Assembly: GCA_963707985.1 (NCBI GenBank)
Contig: CAVPRW010000029.1
Location: forward strand, 32,001 to 96,000
Source of the DNA: an uncultured Nitrospinota bacterium
GTDB lineage: Bacteria > Tectomicrobia > Entotheonellia > J063 > CAVPRW01
DNA: 64,000 bases
Direction: 5' to 3'
Shown here in pieces: positions 1 to 11,221 of the stretch (the first letter of the stretch is position 1; each line of letters starts with the position of its first letter). A program made the position numbers and the translations under genes. The notes below the pieces were generated by a model. That model saw nothing but the letters and a program-made list of their open reading frames with translations, was not told the origin of the DNA and did no database searches.

Positions 1-592
1 CCGTGGGATTCAGCAGCGTATAGGGCACATTGATCATCTGAAACACGTGCGTGTCAAGCAGCTGTCGGACCTGATACGCGTCGTTCCCGCGGCAGATGAA
101 ACCCAGATAGCGGGTTTTGCCGTCGCGCAACACGCGCTGCAGACCTTCCAGCGCGCCGCCGGGCCGTAGGTAATCTTCGATCCAGAGCTGGGTGTAGACG
201 CGACCTTCCAGCTTCGGAGGCGATGGGGCTGGGCCATTGTGGATCTGCAGGATGTCTAGGCAGTCCACCCCCAGCCGTTTCAGACTTTCCTCAGTGGAGC
301 GGACCACATGGCCGGCGATATCCCCCAGGTCTGCGTGTCGCACCTCTACTTTGGAAGTGATGACCGGTCGGATCTTGAGTGCCTTCAAGACCCGCCCCAG
401 GTTCTCCTCCGCCAGTCCATTGCCATAGTCAGGAGCATTGTCGAAGTAGTTGATCCCCAGCTCCACGGCTCGAGCCACTACCTGCCGTTGCTCGTCCGGG
501 GTGCCTCGGACCATAAGCCCGGCATTGCCACCGCATCCAAAGCCGATTTCTGAAATCCGCAACTCGGTGTTGCCAACCTGCCGATACTCCAC
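1..592 (-). CDS. Aldo/keto reductase (partial, runs off the left edge; not in the ORF track)
   Basis: Manual translation from GTG at 592 (AGGAGG RBS upstream): VEYRQVGNTELRISEIGFGCGG...GINYFDNAPDYGNGLAEENLG...ITSKV...SLKRLGVDCLDILQIH, which carries the AKR D/Y/K/H tetrad motifs. Confidence 0.9.
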   Translation of the reverse strand, partial: MEYRQVGNTELRISEIGFGCGGNAGLMVRGTPDEQRQVVARAVELGINYFDNAPDYGNGLAEENLGRVLKALKIRPVITSKVEVRHADLGDIAGHVVRSTEESLKRLGVDCLDILQIHNGPAPSPPKLEGRVYTQLWIEDYLRPGGALEGLQRVLRDGKTRYLGFICRGNDAYQVRQLLDTHVFQMINVPYTLLNPT

Positions 593-626
593 GGTCGCCT
601 CCTGAGTATCGATCGCTGCGGCGTTA

Positions 627-661
627 CCCCTCACCCTCACCCTCTCCCAAAGGGAGAGGGA
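627..661. repeat. REP-like palindrome CCCTCACCCTCACCCTCTCCC-AAA-GGGAGAGGG
   Basis: Intergenic hairpin with near-identical copies at 34751-34783 and 40867-40900. Confidence 0.8.
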
Positions 662-733
662 ATACAAAACCTACCCAGGAAGGGCAGGCGGGAGAGAGCA
701 TCTTAGCCTACCTGGGAGCACAATACCCCTACT

Positions 734-2128
734 CTACGGTCGGGCTGGTGCTTGCTGCTGCAGCAGTCGGTCCGCCTCCTCGTACAGGGTGAGAATGAGC
801 TCGCGGTCCGGGCAATAGCGGTCCACATCGTCCTCGATATACTGCCAGCCGCCTTGCGAGACTTTGTGGAAATTGAATCGGTAGCTGCTGGGGCCCTGCC
901 GTCGGGCTGAGCTAGTCCGGGTCGCGGCCTCAATCGTCGCCGCTGGCCAGCCCTCCAGGGTAGGCGTCCAGGGCACGTTCTCCGCCACGTCCCTCATGAT
1001 GTTCAAGGGATCGCCGCCCTGCTGGACGATGTCGATCTGTTGCTTGAGCATCTGCCGGTAGGCGATGATTACCTTATCCCCCTCATACAGGTGCTCCTGC
1101 GTCCGATCGGTGATCTCGCCCTGCTCGTACCATGCCACCATGTCCTGACCCAGCACGTAGTCCAGGATGTACTTGCCGTGTTCATCGCGCAGGGGGACCT
1201 CTACGTAAGGGATGTGCTCCTGCCGAGGGACCTGGATTTCCGGTGGGAAGGTGTAGGAGCGGTACGAGATATGCCAGGTAGTGGTATCGTCGATGGGCAC
1301 ACCAAGCTGGTAATCGTGGCGGATGCTGCCGCTATTGCCGCCGTTGGGATAGACAAGGTAGGGGAAGAAGACAGGGCCACCTAACTGCCACACATCTTCC
1401 GGCGCGTCGGAGTCGCGCATACCTTTGGTAAAGCCGTATTTGTTATAGACAATCTGCACGATGGGGTAGGCACCCCGCCCGAGACGCTCCTCCTGCTGGC
1501 GCATGGTGGCGTTGTAGCGACCGTTGGGGTCAGCGGTCAGCCGTCCCTGCCGCTCGAGGGCATACTGGAACAGCCGGCCATGGAGATAGACGGCATGATG
1601 CTGGTCGCCGCGGTTCTCCATCACCTGCAGCCAGTTGCACGGCAGCATATGGCCGACGATCTGCCGCAGGCCGTGTTCTTGCTCGCAGAGGTCCAGCCGG
1701 GGTAATTGGGGGACAGGCTCAGGTCCGAGATAGGCCCAGATGAGACCCCCCATCTCCTGTACCTGGTACGCAGTGGTCCGAACTCGGTCTTTGAAGGTGC
1801 TGGTGGGCGCTGCCAGCGGTTGTTCCAGGCACCGTCCCGTGCCGTCGAAAAGCCAGCCATGGTAGGGGCAGCGCAAGCCCACTTCTTCCGGGATGCCAAA
1901 TTCCATGTGCATGGCTCGATGCGGGCACCGGGGTCCGATCAGCCCCAGATGCCCACCCCGGTCACGGAAGAGCACCAGGTCTTCTCCCAGGATGCGCACC
2001 TTACGCACCGGATTGTCCTCAAGCTGCACTGTGGGCGCGATAGGATGCCAGTAGCGCCGCATCAGCTCCCCGCAAGGAGTGCCCGGCCCCACACGCGTTA
2101 ACATTTCGTTCTCTGCTGTGGTCAGCAT
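734..2128 (-). CDS. Rieske non-heme iron aromatic ring-hydroxylating oxygenase alpha subunit (phthalate dioxygenase-like)
   Basis: CPHR...CPYHGW Rieske motif, NWLQVMENxxDxxHxxxLH iron-site motif and QD ligand. Likely start MLTTAENE at 2128 after a purine-rich RBS. Confidence 0.9.
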   Translation of the reverse strand: MLTTAENEMLTRVGPGTPCGELMRRYWHPIAPTVQLEDNPVRKVRILGEDLVLFRDRGGHLGLIGPRCPHRAMHMEFGIPEEVGLRCPYHGWLFDGTGRCLEQPLAAPTSTFKDRVRTTAYQVQEMGGLIWAYLGPEPVPQLPRLDLCEQEHGLRQIVGHMLPCNWLQVMENRGDQHHAVYLHGRLFQYALERQGRLTADPNGRYNATMRQQEERLGRGAYPIVQIVYNKYGFTKGMRDSDAPEDVWQLGGPVFFPYLVYPNGGNSGSIRHDYQLGVPIDDTTTWHISYRSYTFPPEIQVPRQEHIPYVEVPLRDEHGKYILDYVLGQDMVAWYEQGEITDRTQEHLYEGDKVIIAYRQMLKQQIDIVQQGGDPLNIMRDVAENVPWTPTLEGWPAATIEAATRTSSARRQGPSSYRFNFHKVSQGGWQYIEDDVDRYCPDRELILTLYEEADRLLQQQAPARP

Positions 2129-2225
2129 CTCTCCCCCTTTCTGGGTCTGAGGACTGGAATGCTCTCCGGTCATGTGCGAGGTTCTCGGCTTCATGCCGTG
2201 CCGGTCATGCCTCGAAGCGCCGACC

Positions 2226-3059
2226 TCAATCGTCCCTGAGCAACGCCTTCAGCACCGCCTCGATGGCTGGCGGCTCGGTGTGGTCCTTGAATTCCTCCAG
2301 CCGCTCGAACACGTCGGCTGCAGCCTCGTGGAAGCCACCGGGCAGCCCGGCGCCCTTGAAAGTCGCGGCGATCTCTTGCATCTCACCCACGAACCGCCAG
2401 GCCTTGGCGGTGTTGGTACAGACGCGGCGTACGGTCTGCTCGGTAAAGGTATCGCCCCATTGGCGGGCGAGCTCGGCACGCACACCTTCCTTCTCCACCA
2501 TGCCCAGGATCGCCGTCAGCAGCGCGGTTGTGCCCTTGGTGTAGGCCGCGTAGCCCATCTTCAAGGCCGAGGCCGCGCCAATGCGCTCGGAGATGACCGG
2601 TGTTTGGAGGGGACTGCCTTCAAAGCAGGCCGCCACTTCCTGGGCCCGCGGTCCTGAGAGATACATATGCGTCTTGGCTTCGCGCGTCCAGGCGGGTCCG
2701 CCGATGATGCCACCATCGACGTAGTGCGCGCCAGCGTCTTCGATGATGCGTTGGATCGCCCGTGTCCGATCGGGTGAAATAGCATTGCCTTCCACATACA
2801 CGCCTGTAAAGCCAAGTTGTGTGACCTCTCTAGCCACCTCCTCAGCGAGGTGTGGAGGGCAGACCGACAGCACGATCTCACTGGCCTTGACCAGCTCAGC
2901 CACTGTACCGGCATCTTCCAGGTTGGCACGGCTTGCACGAGCCTGCGTACTGCCGCTGCGTCCGGCCGAGGCCCAGAACACCGTGTGCTGATTGCTGCGG
3001 GCGGCGGCGCCTACAGTGGCGCCCATGGCACCCGGATGAAGAAGTCCAATCCGTCTCAT
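2226..3059 (-). CDS. NAD(P)-dependent oxidoreductase, 6-phosphogluconate/3-hydroxyisobutyrate dehydrogenase-like (DUF1932-type)
   Basis: N-terminal IGLLHPGAMG Rossmann motif, YVDGGIIGGP, ASALKMGYAAYTKG, KAWRFVGEM. Confidence 0.85.
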   Translation of the reverse strand: MRRIGLLHPGAMGATVGAAARSNQHTVFWASAGRSGSTQARASRANLEDAGTVAELVKASEIVLSVCPPHLAEEVAREVTQLGFTGVYVEGNAISPDRTRAIQRIIEDAGAHYVDGGIIGGPAWTREAKTHMYLSGPRAQEVAACFEGSPLQTPVISERIGAASALKMGYAAYTKGTTALLTAILGMVEKEGVRAELARQWGDTFTEQTVRRVCTNTAKAWRFVGEMQEIAATFKGAGLPGGFHEAAADVFERLEEFKDHTEPPAIEAVLKALLRDD

Positions 3060-3235
3060 GCGTTGTTCTCCTGAGTAATATTGTTAATGTAAACGCTTCG
3101 AATGGTTACAAGGGACCAGGAGCTCTGCCCCCTCGCGGGCACAAGCGCCAGGACGAGCGGCCCTCTTGCCCTGAGAGCGGGCTGGGATGGGGAACACCGT
3201 CGCGCTCCGTCATCTGGCGCCATGCCACGGCGGCC

Positions 3236-3748
3236 CTATTTCTTCAAGGCCTCAGCGTACTCGGCACGCGGAAACTGTTCCCCGTCGGGGACCTTCATCA
3301 TGTCAGTATAGAGCTCTAACCGATTGCCATCGGGGTCAAGGATGTAGAAGGACCGGCTCCCGCTCCCCCCAAAAGCGTTCCCCGGACCGCTGCCGCCCTC
3401 AGGCCCATGGATGAGAGGCCCTTGGACAATCTTGACGCCCTTGCGACGCAGGTCTGCCAGGGCCTTCAGCCATTCGTCTCGATCGGCAACCTCCAGCGCG
3501 ATGTGCTGGAGGGCATTGTAGCCGGCATGACGGTTTGCCTCGGTGACCTCGGTCGGATGCGTGAACAGGACGATGTTATGGTGGTCGTCGTTGAAGCGCA
3601 TGAAGGCCATCGCCCCGGACTCCCCCATGGGCCAGCGCCCCGTCAGCGTGAGCCCCAGGATGTCGCGATACCACTCGATCGACCGGTCGACATCGGTGAC
3701 CTGGATGCCGACGTGCCCTACGCGGTGGATGGTAAATCCCTTTGCCAT
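3236..3748 (-). CDS. VOC/glyoxalase family protein (extradiol dioxygenase-like)
   Basis: GHVGIQVTDVDRS, DHHNI, LQHIALEV, FYILDPDGNRLELY. Confidence 0.85.
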   Translation of the reverse strand: MAKGFTIHRVGHVGIQVTDVDRSIEWYRDILGLTLTGRWPMGESGAMAFMRFNDDHHNIVLFTHPTEVTEANRHAGYNALQHIALEVADRDEWLKALADLRRKGVKIVQGPLIHGPEGGSGPGNAFGGSGSRSFYILDPDGNRLELYTDMMKVPDGEQFPRAEYAEALKK

Positions 3749-3983
3749 GTTGTCTCCCTCCTGGCAGCCGGTTCAGCCCTGGAACGACACGCGCAGGGCC
3801 ACCGCCCTGACACAGTCGCCGCTAACGCTTGGTATTGACTACTACGAAGGCTTATCATACCACAGACGTTACGTATCATGCGCCGTAATTTCATCCCTCC
3901 CGAACCTCCCCCTCTTGAGCCCCCTGAGGTTGTTTTCATAGTCCCTTGCCCTCTGGGAGACGGGGAAGGCGATTACGAATAGC

Positions 3984-4013
3984 TTGACCCGGTTCAGCTC
4001 CTCCAGGTACACT
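3984..4013 (+). promoter_or_regulatory. Candidate sigma70 promoter for the VOC/hydrolase genes
   Basis: TTGACC-N18-TACACT ending about 84 bp upstream of the ATG at 4097. Confidence 0.35.
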
Positions 4014-4096
4014 ACGGCCACGTGCTTAACCTGGTGGCGGCTGGTCTAGGGTAGAGCAGGAGGGGTCAGACACCCCTCTGGAAAGAGAGGATCATC

Positions 4097-4645
4097 ATGT
4101 CACACAAGGGGTTTTCGCACATCGGGCTGTCGACGCGGGACCTTGACAGCACGCGTGACTTTTACGAGCATGTCATGGGCTTCAAAGTCGTGCGCTGCGA
4201 CATCATCAAGGTTGCCGAAGGCGGCCAGATTCGACATATCTTCTTTGACACCGGCCGCGATCAGCTCATCGCCTTCATGGAGCCTCAGGAGGTTCCAGGG
4301 ATTCCGGCGGACTATGATGCCGGCATTAACGCCGGGCTTGGGGTTCCAGGCTCATTCTACCATTTTGCTTTTGAGGCCGGCTCGGTAGACGCTCTAGAGG
4401 CGAAGCGCCAGGAGTTGCTGGCCAAGGGGGTGCCGGTCACGGACATCGTGGATCATGAGTGGGCTCAATCCATTTACTTTGTCGATCCCAATGGCATCTC
4501 GCTGGAATATTGTTGTCTGACCCGTGATGTCGGAACCGAGGACGATATCACGATGCAGGTACGTGTCGAGCGTTCGGTGCAGGCGATGCGCCAGCGGTGG
4601 GAGCGCCTGCATGAGGCTAGCACGGCAACGTCGCACCAGCTCTGA
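4097..4645 (+). CDS. VOC/glyoxalase family protein
   Basis: FSHIGLSTRDL, YHFAFEA, SIYFVDPNGISLEY; RBS GAGAGG. Confidence 0.85.
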   Translation: MSHKGFSHIGLSTRDLDSTRDFYEHVMGFKVVRCDIIKVAEGGQIRHIFFDTGRDQLIAFMEPQEVPGIPADYDAGINAGLGVPGSFYHFAFEAGSVDALEAKRQELLAKGVPVTDIVDHEWAQSIYFVDPNGISLEYCCLTRDVGTEDDITMQVRVERSVQAMRQRWERLHEASTATSHQL

Positions 4646-4765
4646 TCTCAGGTCCCGGGGTCGAAGGCTAGCGCGGTACCTGGGCACGCCAGGCGGTTGA
4701 TCTTGGAGAGTTGAACATGAATATCTGCAATATCTGCCAGGAAGATGTGAGATAGGAGGTCACCG

Positions 4766-5635
4766 ATGGCGACCCTGTCGCAGCCACAGAGCACGTTTCT
4801 GAGCGTGAATGGCCTGCGTGTGCATTACCTGGACTGGGGTCACCCCAGCGCACCGCCTGTGGTGTGCGTCCACGGCTACACCTCCAGTGGCCAGGCGTTT
4901 AACGCTCTGGCCCGACACTTCCAGAGCCGTTTCCGCATCATCGCGCCTGACGTGCGAGGCCATGGAGAAACCGCTTGGTCGCCTACGGAGGCCTATCAAT
5001 ACTACGATCAGATCAGCGATCTGGCAGGGTTTATTGACCAATTGGGGCTCGAGCAGTTCATCCTGATAGGGACCTCCATGGGTGGCATCATCGCCATGGC
5101 CTACGCCGGGGCACACCCTGAGCGTTTGGTGCGCCTGGTAATCAATGACATCGGGCCAGACGCTGAGGTAGGCAGCCAGCGGATTACCCAAACAGTGGGC
5201 GACAGGCCGGAAGAGTTTGCCAACCTGGAAGACGCCATGGCCTATCGCCGCCTGATGTCACCCATCACGGCCAGTCGCAGTGTGGAGGATCAGCGTGAGC
5301 TCGCACTTGGCGTGCTCCGCCAACAACCGGACGGCCGTTGGGTTTGGAAGATGGACCCCGCCTACATCCGGCAGCGGGTGCAGCAAGGTCCGCCGCCGCG
5401 GCCCGCTTTATGGCCCGCCCTGCAACGCATCACCTGCCCAACGTTGGTGGTGTGGGGGAGGGAGAGCGATGTGCTGTCCGAGGCGCAAGCCCGGCGTATG
5501 GTGGATGTCTTGCCTCAGGCCGAGTTGGTGGCTGTACCCGGCGTGGGGCACGCGCCAACGCTGATGGAGCCGGTGGCCCTGGCTGCACTGGAGCGCTTTC
5601 TAGGAGCGCCGGAAGTTGTAGCTTCCAGGGAGTGA
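4766..5635 (+). CDS. Alpha/beta fold hydrolase
   Basis: VHG oxyanion motif, DVRGHG, GTSMGG nucleophile elbow, ESD and GHAP catalytic residues; AGGAGG RBS. Confidence 0.9.
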   Translation: MATLSQPQSTFLSVNGLRVHYLDWGHPSAPPVVCVHGYTSSGQAFNALARHFQSRFRIIAPDVRGHGETAWSPTEAYQYYDQISDLAGFIDQLGLEQFILIGTSMGGIIAMAYAGAHPERLVRLVINDIGPDAEVGSQRITQTVGDRPEEFANLEDAMAYRRLMSPITASRSVEDQRELALGVLRQQPDGRWVWKMDPAYIRQRVQQGPPPRPALWPALQRITCPTLVVWGRESDVLSEAQARRMVDVLPQAELVAVPGVGHAPTLMEPVALAALERFLGAPEVVASRE

Positions 5636-5814
5636 TCACCTGTCTACAGTATATCCAAGACCTGCAGGTGGATCGCGTGATTCCTGTTCTCACTTGCTAA
5701 CCACATCCCAGTGACGCTGCGTGTCTTATACAAAGCATTGCGTTGCGATGGAGTAGATGTCGGTTTTCCGGTGGATCAAACGAGCACCATACCGCCGGCC
5801 GAACACAGCGGGTG

Positions 5815-5925
5815 CTGGCCGGATTGACGTCGACGACCCCCGCGCTAACCATGGCGCCCAACCATTGACGCACATACGGCTCATGCCAGTCCGCTGCAGC
5901 AACGATTCGCACGCCCGTGGACGGG
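5815..5925 (-). pseudogene. Short remnant of a winged-helix SAM-dependent methyltransferase N-terminus
   Basis: Translation [23 protein letters not shown] resembles the 'HERYVREWLGAM' segment of wHTH methyltransferases (from memory of the family). Confidence 0.4.
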
Positions 5926-6050
5926 GGATAAGGTGGCCCTCGTGACGCATAGCTCCATTCGATCCCCGGGTAATCGGTGGCACACCGACAGCAGAATTTC
6001 TTGATACAGTGACGGCCCACCTGGAAGACCCCTGGTGGATGATCGCATAG

Positions 6051-6449
6051 GCCACACGCACAGGGATTCACCGCCCTCAGCAGCATCAGGCGCGCCGGAA
6101 AGGTTACCGACGACGATACCCGTGCAATCGTCACCTCCCCACCATCGATCGGTTGGCGCAGGACCTCGAGGACGTGGCGGCGGAACTCGGGGAGCTCATC
6201 CAGGAAGATGACCCCGTTGTGGGCCGGCGACACTTCGCCCGGCATGGGGATATGTCCGCCGCCAATCAGCCCCACATCCGAAATGGTGTGATGGGGGGCC
6301 CGAAATGGACGGGTCGTGACCAACGCCGTGCGGTCACCGGTCAGGCCTGCCACGGCTTCAGCCAAGGTCATGGCAGGCAGAATGGTGGTCAGTCGCCGTG
6401 CCAACATCGACTTGCCCGCTCCTGGCGGGCCCAGAAGAAGCAGATTATG
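6051..6449 (-). pseudogene. comM: Internal fragment of ComM/YifB Mg-chelatase-like AAA+ ATPase (copy 1)
   Basis: [20 protein letters not shown]...[11 protein letters not shown]...[20 protein letters not shown]...VNPCACG; lacks the N-terminal Lon-like domain and the C-terminus. Confidence 0.85.
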
Positions 6450-6554
6450 GTCACAACGCCTTGCATCACGTTCAGCTGCACTCTGGCCACTAGGCAGTCT
6501 GAGAGCTACCGCCATTGATCTACAATCGGATCGCAGGTACCGTTGCCGGCTGGG

Positions 6555-6612
6555 GGCGTGACAGCTCGTCCAACAAGGCCTTGGCCTCCTGCAAGTCGAT
6601 GGTGTCAAACCC
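6555..6612 (-). pseudogene. C-terminal tip of a cyclase/ATPase-TPR protein
   Basis: Reads [18 protein letters not shown], the conserved terminus of this family; homologous to the end of 11633-11806. Confidence 0.65.
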
Positions 6613-6648
6613 CGGATGGGGAAAGATCGCGAGGGGTCGCGGTAGCCA

Positions 6649-7260
6649 TCAGTCGCCTCCTGTGGTGTGGACAAAGATATCGCCCCGTTTCACCGGCCCT
6701 TCAAATGTAATTGTACAGGTCTTAGTCTTATCATCACATACCCCAAGCTTAAGGGATTTAAACAGTTGCCCCTGTATGTCGTCAGCGTCAGCACTGTATG
6801 TGACTTCCAGGGAGAAGGAATCAGCGCCCGGCTCTGGGACTCTCGCATCGACACCCTTAGCTGTAAAGGAAACAAGCTCTGCAAACTGTCGGCGCGCTTC
6901 CCCCACTCCAAGGAAAGTGGTAGATACCATTTGTCCTTGGATCGTGACCGTGCGTCCAGCAGACGTCGTGGTTATGTCCAGCGGGGCGATCGCCGTACTG
7001 ATCATGAACGTCTGGAACACCGTGGAACCAGCTCGTCCAGTCATTTCAGACTGGACGAAATTGACGAAGTTGAGGTCTGAATCTGGGCTAGGCGTGGCCG
7101 CAGGCTTGGCCACAACGAAGTGAAACTCAGCTAAGGCCAGAGGATCGACAGCAAACGTTCCCTTTCCTGTCGCCGCATGATCAGCATATACAGAGGCCGC
7201 TGTCGTGAGAAGAACACCGGCAAGCACAACCATCCACCCTACAGTCGTCCGTTTCGTCAT
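6649..7260 (-). CDS. Hypothetical exported protein
   Basis: 203-aa ORF with signal peptide ([26 protein letters not shown]) and AGGAGG RBS; beta-rich mature part; no recognisable family. Confidence 0.7.
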   Translation of the reverse strand: MTKRTTVGWMVVLAGVLLTTAASVYADHAATGKGTFAVDPLALAEFHFVVAKPAATPSPDSDLNFVNFVQSEMTGRAGSTVFQTFMISTAIAPLDITTTSAGRTVTIQGQMVSTTFLGVGEARRQFAELVSFTAKGVDARVPEPGADSFSLEVTYSADADDIQGQLFKSLKLGVCDDKTKTCTITFEGPVKRGDIFVHTTGGD

Positions 7261-7490
7261 GTGCTTTCTCTCCTCCTTTTATCAGCTGCTTCCAACGGTT
7301 CCAGCATTACCGGATGCTTGGCAGCGGAGACGGACATTCGGATCAAATACTCCTCTTAAACGACAAAGAACCTGCGCAGTGAAACAAAGACATCGGACAC
7401 CCGATGGCTGGCACAATCGGTCACCATGTGCTGACGATCAGGCCAGTGTGAGGTCCTCGTGGGATCAGCCGTGCGCTCTGCTGCATGGCT

Positions 7491-10400
7491 CTACACCGTG
7501 TGCGCCAGCATGGCCTCCGCCTGGGGCAACCAGAGCGTCATCTCCATCGCCTGAAATAACTCAATGGCGGTGGATAGTGCGGTGCACGCCTGTGCCAGGC
7601 GGCCCGCGTTGGTATACAGGGTGCCGAGACCCAGGTAGCAGTGGGCCAGGAGCGGGCGCATCCCCAGCTCTTCGGCCAGGGCGAGCGCCTGTCGGTAGGC
7701 GGCTTCAGCCGCCTCGACTGCCAGGGGATCCTGATGTGCGAGGATCTCTCCGAGGAGCCGCAGGGCATAGGCCTCGTTTCCCCGCTGCGTTGAGGTCACG
7801 GGCGAATGCAAGGGCACTCCGGGCCAGGCCCGTGGCCTCGTCCATGCGGCCGGTCAGCAGATACGCCTCGCTCAGATAGGCGACCCAGCGCGCATGGCCA
7901 GCCGAGATGCCCCTGGAGGTATCCTGTGCCGCCGCCTGCTGCAACAGCGGTATGGCCTCGGCCACGCGTCCTGCAAGGGTATATGCATACCCTAAGGGTG
8001 CAGCGACGGTGGGGAACCAGGTCAGGACGTTGGCGATCTGGCACAGTTCCAGGCTGCGCTCGAGCGCCGGGATGGCCTGGCGCAGGTCTCCCTTACAGAG
8101 GTACAGACCGCCGAGTCTAGAATATGCTTGGGTCAGGCTGAAGGGGTGATCGGCCGCCTCGGCCAGCCGCACCGCTTCTCCCCCCTGCGCGGCTCCCTCG
8201 TCGAACGCTCCTAGCTCGCTCAGGCACCATACCAACCAGGTCCGGGACATTACAGCGGGCAGGCCGGTCATGCCGAAGCGCTCGTGGGTCAGATCTCCTG
8301 TGAGGGAGACCACGTTCCTGCGAAAGCAATCCACCGCTCGACGATAGTCGCCCAGGGCATGGTACGCTGTGCCCAAGAAGATGTTCGCCAGGACCTGGAG
8401 GGGGAAATCCCCGAGAGCCGTGGCGACGGCCAGGGCACGTTCGCCCGATTCGACAGCGCGGGTAGAGTCGCCCGTCATCCGATAGTACTCGGCCAGGTAG
8501 GCGAAGGCCCGCCCGAGTCGCCGTTCATCGTGGATGGCCTCGGCGAGGGTCTGGGCCACGCGCAGGTGTTCGAACACCTGCCGATGCTCTCCAAGCGGCA
8601 GGAGCGCATTGCGGAGGCTGAAGCGCAGATCGATGGCCTGCTCGCCCGTGTCTTGATACTCAGGGAGATGCCGCAGCGCCACCAGCGCCTGCTCGAAGCA
8701 CCCTACCGCTTCTCGGTGGGCCGAGCGTGCGGCGGCCTTGGCACCGGCCTGTCGACAATACGCGAGGGCTTTTTCCCACACCTCGCCCCGGAGGGCATGA
8801 TACGCAAGGTGTTCCACCTGCTCATCCAGGCGGTCAGGATACAGCCGTTCGATCGCCGCGACGATCCGCGCGTGGAGGGTACGCCGACGCTCCTGGAGCA
8901 GGCTTCCATAGGCGACCTCCTGCGTGAGGGCGTGCTTGAAGGTGTATTCGAGATCAGGAAATAGGTTCGCCTCGTACAGAAACTCGGCGGCCTGTAGGTG
9001 GATGAGCGCGCCGCGTAGGACATTTTCAGGGAGTTCTGCGATGGCCTGCAGGAGTGGGAACGGCACGTCCTTGCCAATGACCGCAGCGGTTTGCAGGAGA
9101 ATCTTGTCCTCACCAGGGAGCCGGTCGATGCGGGCTGCCAACACCGCCTGGACTGTAGCCGGTACTTGAATGGTCCAAGGAGCGCGTGCTAGCCGATAAG
9201 CGCCCGGCTCGCCGACCAAGACCTGGCTCTCCACCAGGGTCCGGACACTCTCCTCCAGGAAGAACGGATTGCCTTCGGTCCGCTCGATCAGCACACGCGT
9301 GAGCGGCTTGAGGTCGGCATCGTCCCTTAGGAGGGCCTGGAGCAGGGTCTGGGCGCTGGTCGGGGCCAAGGGGTCGAGTCGGAGCTGGGTATAGTAGCTC
9401 TTGTTCCCCCAGGTGTGCTGGTACTCGGGGCGGTAGTTCATCAGGAGGAAGATGCGGCTGGTCGGCAGGCTGTCCACCAGGCTGTCGAGAAACCCCTGGG
9501 TCTCGGTGTCTATCCAGTGGAGGTTTTCGCACACCATCACCACGGGTTGGACCTGACTCTCCCGCAGCAGCAGGCGCTTGAGGGCCTCCAGGGTGCACTG
9601 GCGGCGTTGGGGCGGGTCGAGGGCCTGCCACTCGCGGTCCTCGACCACGACGTCCAGAAGTGTGAGCAAGGCCGGCAGGGTCGGCCTGAGGGCTTCATCC
9701 AGGGCGAGGAGCTTGCTGGTGAGCTTCTCGTGAACCCGTGCCTCATCGTCCCGCGCATCTATCTGAAAGTAGCTTTTGAGGAGGTCTCGGATCGGGAGGT
9801 AGGGGGTGGTCTTGCCGTGGGAGACCCCGTGGCTTTCGAGCAGGAGCCAACCATGGGTACGATGGGAACAGATGAACTCGTAAAAGAGCCGGGTCTTGCC
9901 CACCCCGGGCTCCCCGATGACCGCCACGAGCTGGCCATGGCCAGCACCGGTCTGCTCGAATGCCTGACAGATCGCCTCCAGCTCCGCTTGGCGCCCCACG
10001 AAGCGGGTAAGCTCACGGGCCGCAAACGCCTGCAGACGCGTCCGCGTGGAACTCGCCCCCAGGAGCTCGAATACCTCGATAGGGGCTGTTAAGCCCTTGA
10101 CTGGCATTGGACCCAGCGGCTTGACCTGGACCACCTCTTTGGCCAGTCGGAGCGTCTCAGCGGTGATGAGCACCGATCCTGGCGTCGCCATCTGCTCCAT
10201 CCGCGCCGCCAGGTGCACCGTCTGCCCGATCGCCGAGTAGTCCATGTGCAGGTCATTGTCGATGGCCCGCACGACCACCTCGCCGGAGTTGAGCCCCACC
10301 CGGAAGTCCACGGACAGGCCATGCGCGGGGCGCACTTCCTCACTGTAAAGGTGCAGCGCGGCCTGCATCGCCAGGGCCGCATAACAGGCCCGCACGGCGT

Positions 10401-10875
10401 GGTCCTCGTGGGCGAGCGGCGCGCCAAACAGGGCCATGATGCCGTCGCCCATGACCTGGTTGACGGTGCCCTCATAGCGGTGCACCGCGGCCATCATGCG
10501 CTCGAGGACGGGGTCAAGAATCGCCCGGGCTTCTTCGGGGTCACGGTCGGCCAGCAACTCCATCGATCCCTTCAAATCGGCGAAGAGCACGGTGACCTGC
10601 TTGCGCTCGCCTTCCAGGGCACTCCGGGAGGCCACAATCTTCTCGGCCAGATATATCGGCGTATAGCTCGCAGGCTCTGGGGATGCTGCAAGGACGGGAG
10701 CTGGGGAGAGGGCCTGGGCTGGAAGGGACAGCGGCGCGCCACAATCCCCGCAGAACTTGAATCGCGGCGGGTTTTCAAACCCACACTGCGGACAGCGCGC
10801 CGTGAAGGGGGCCCCGCACTCGCCGCAGAACTTCATGCCCTCGGGATTCTCAAAGTCACAGCTTGGGCAGCGCAT
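7491..10875 (-). CDS. Double zinc ribbon - class III adenylate/guanylate cyclase - AAA ATPase - TPR protein (one +1 frameshift near 7790)
   Basis: CPSC/CGEC/CPQC/CGDC ribbons, TVLFADLKGS and GDGIMALFG cyclase motifs, GEPGVGKT Walker A, TPRs. The C-terminus continues in ORF 7491-7817. Start MRCP at 10875 after GGAGGGG. Confidence 0.9.
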
Positions 10876-11221
10876 GGGTGTCCCCTCCGACACGGCCGTG
10901 CGAGCGGCTAGCTCACTCGTGGATAGGCGGTTCGGCGCGCGCCATTGAAATCGGCATCTTTCGATGAGGTGTCAGTACCCCATGTGGAGGCAGGAGTCAA
11001 GCGAAAATCATGAGGCAGCGACGGGCGTCACCATGGAGGCGAACGGGTGAGACCGCAGGCGTTGGGCTGCGCAGCCGTTCAAGGCGGCGACGATCCTCCG
11101 TCTGAACCTCTTGAGGTCATGAGCTGTGCATCTAAGATAATACAAACATTGAGATTCAGGATGCACGCGAGATTAATTATTGGTCTAGGACACTATCCGC
11201 GAGTGGTTGGTGCAAGACTGC

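Noticed and set aside
5697..6674. 325-aa ORF as a genuine ComM protein
   Set aside because: Only the middle roughly 130 aa are comM-like; the flanks are read-through of unrelated debris.
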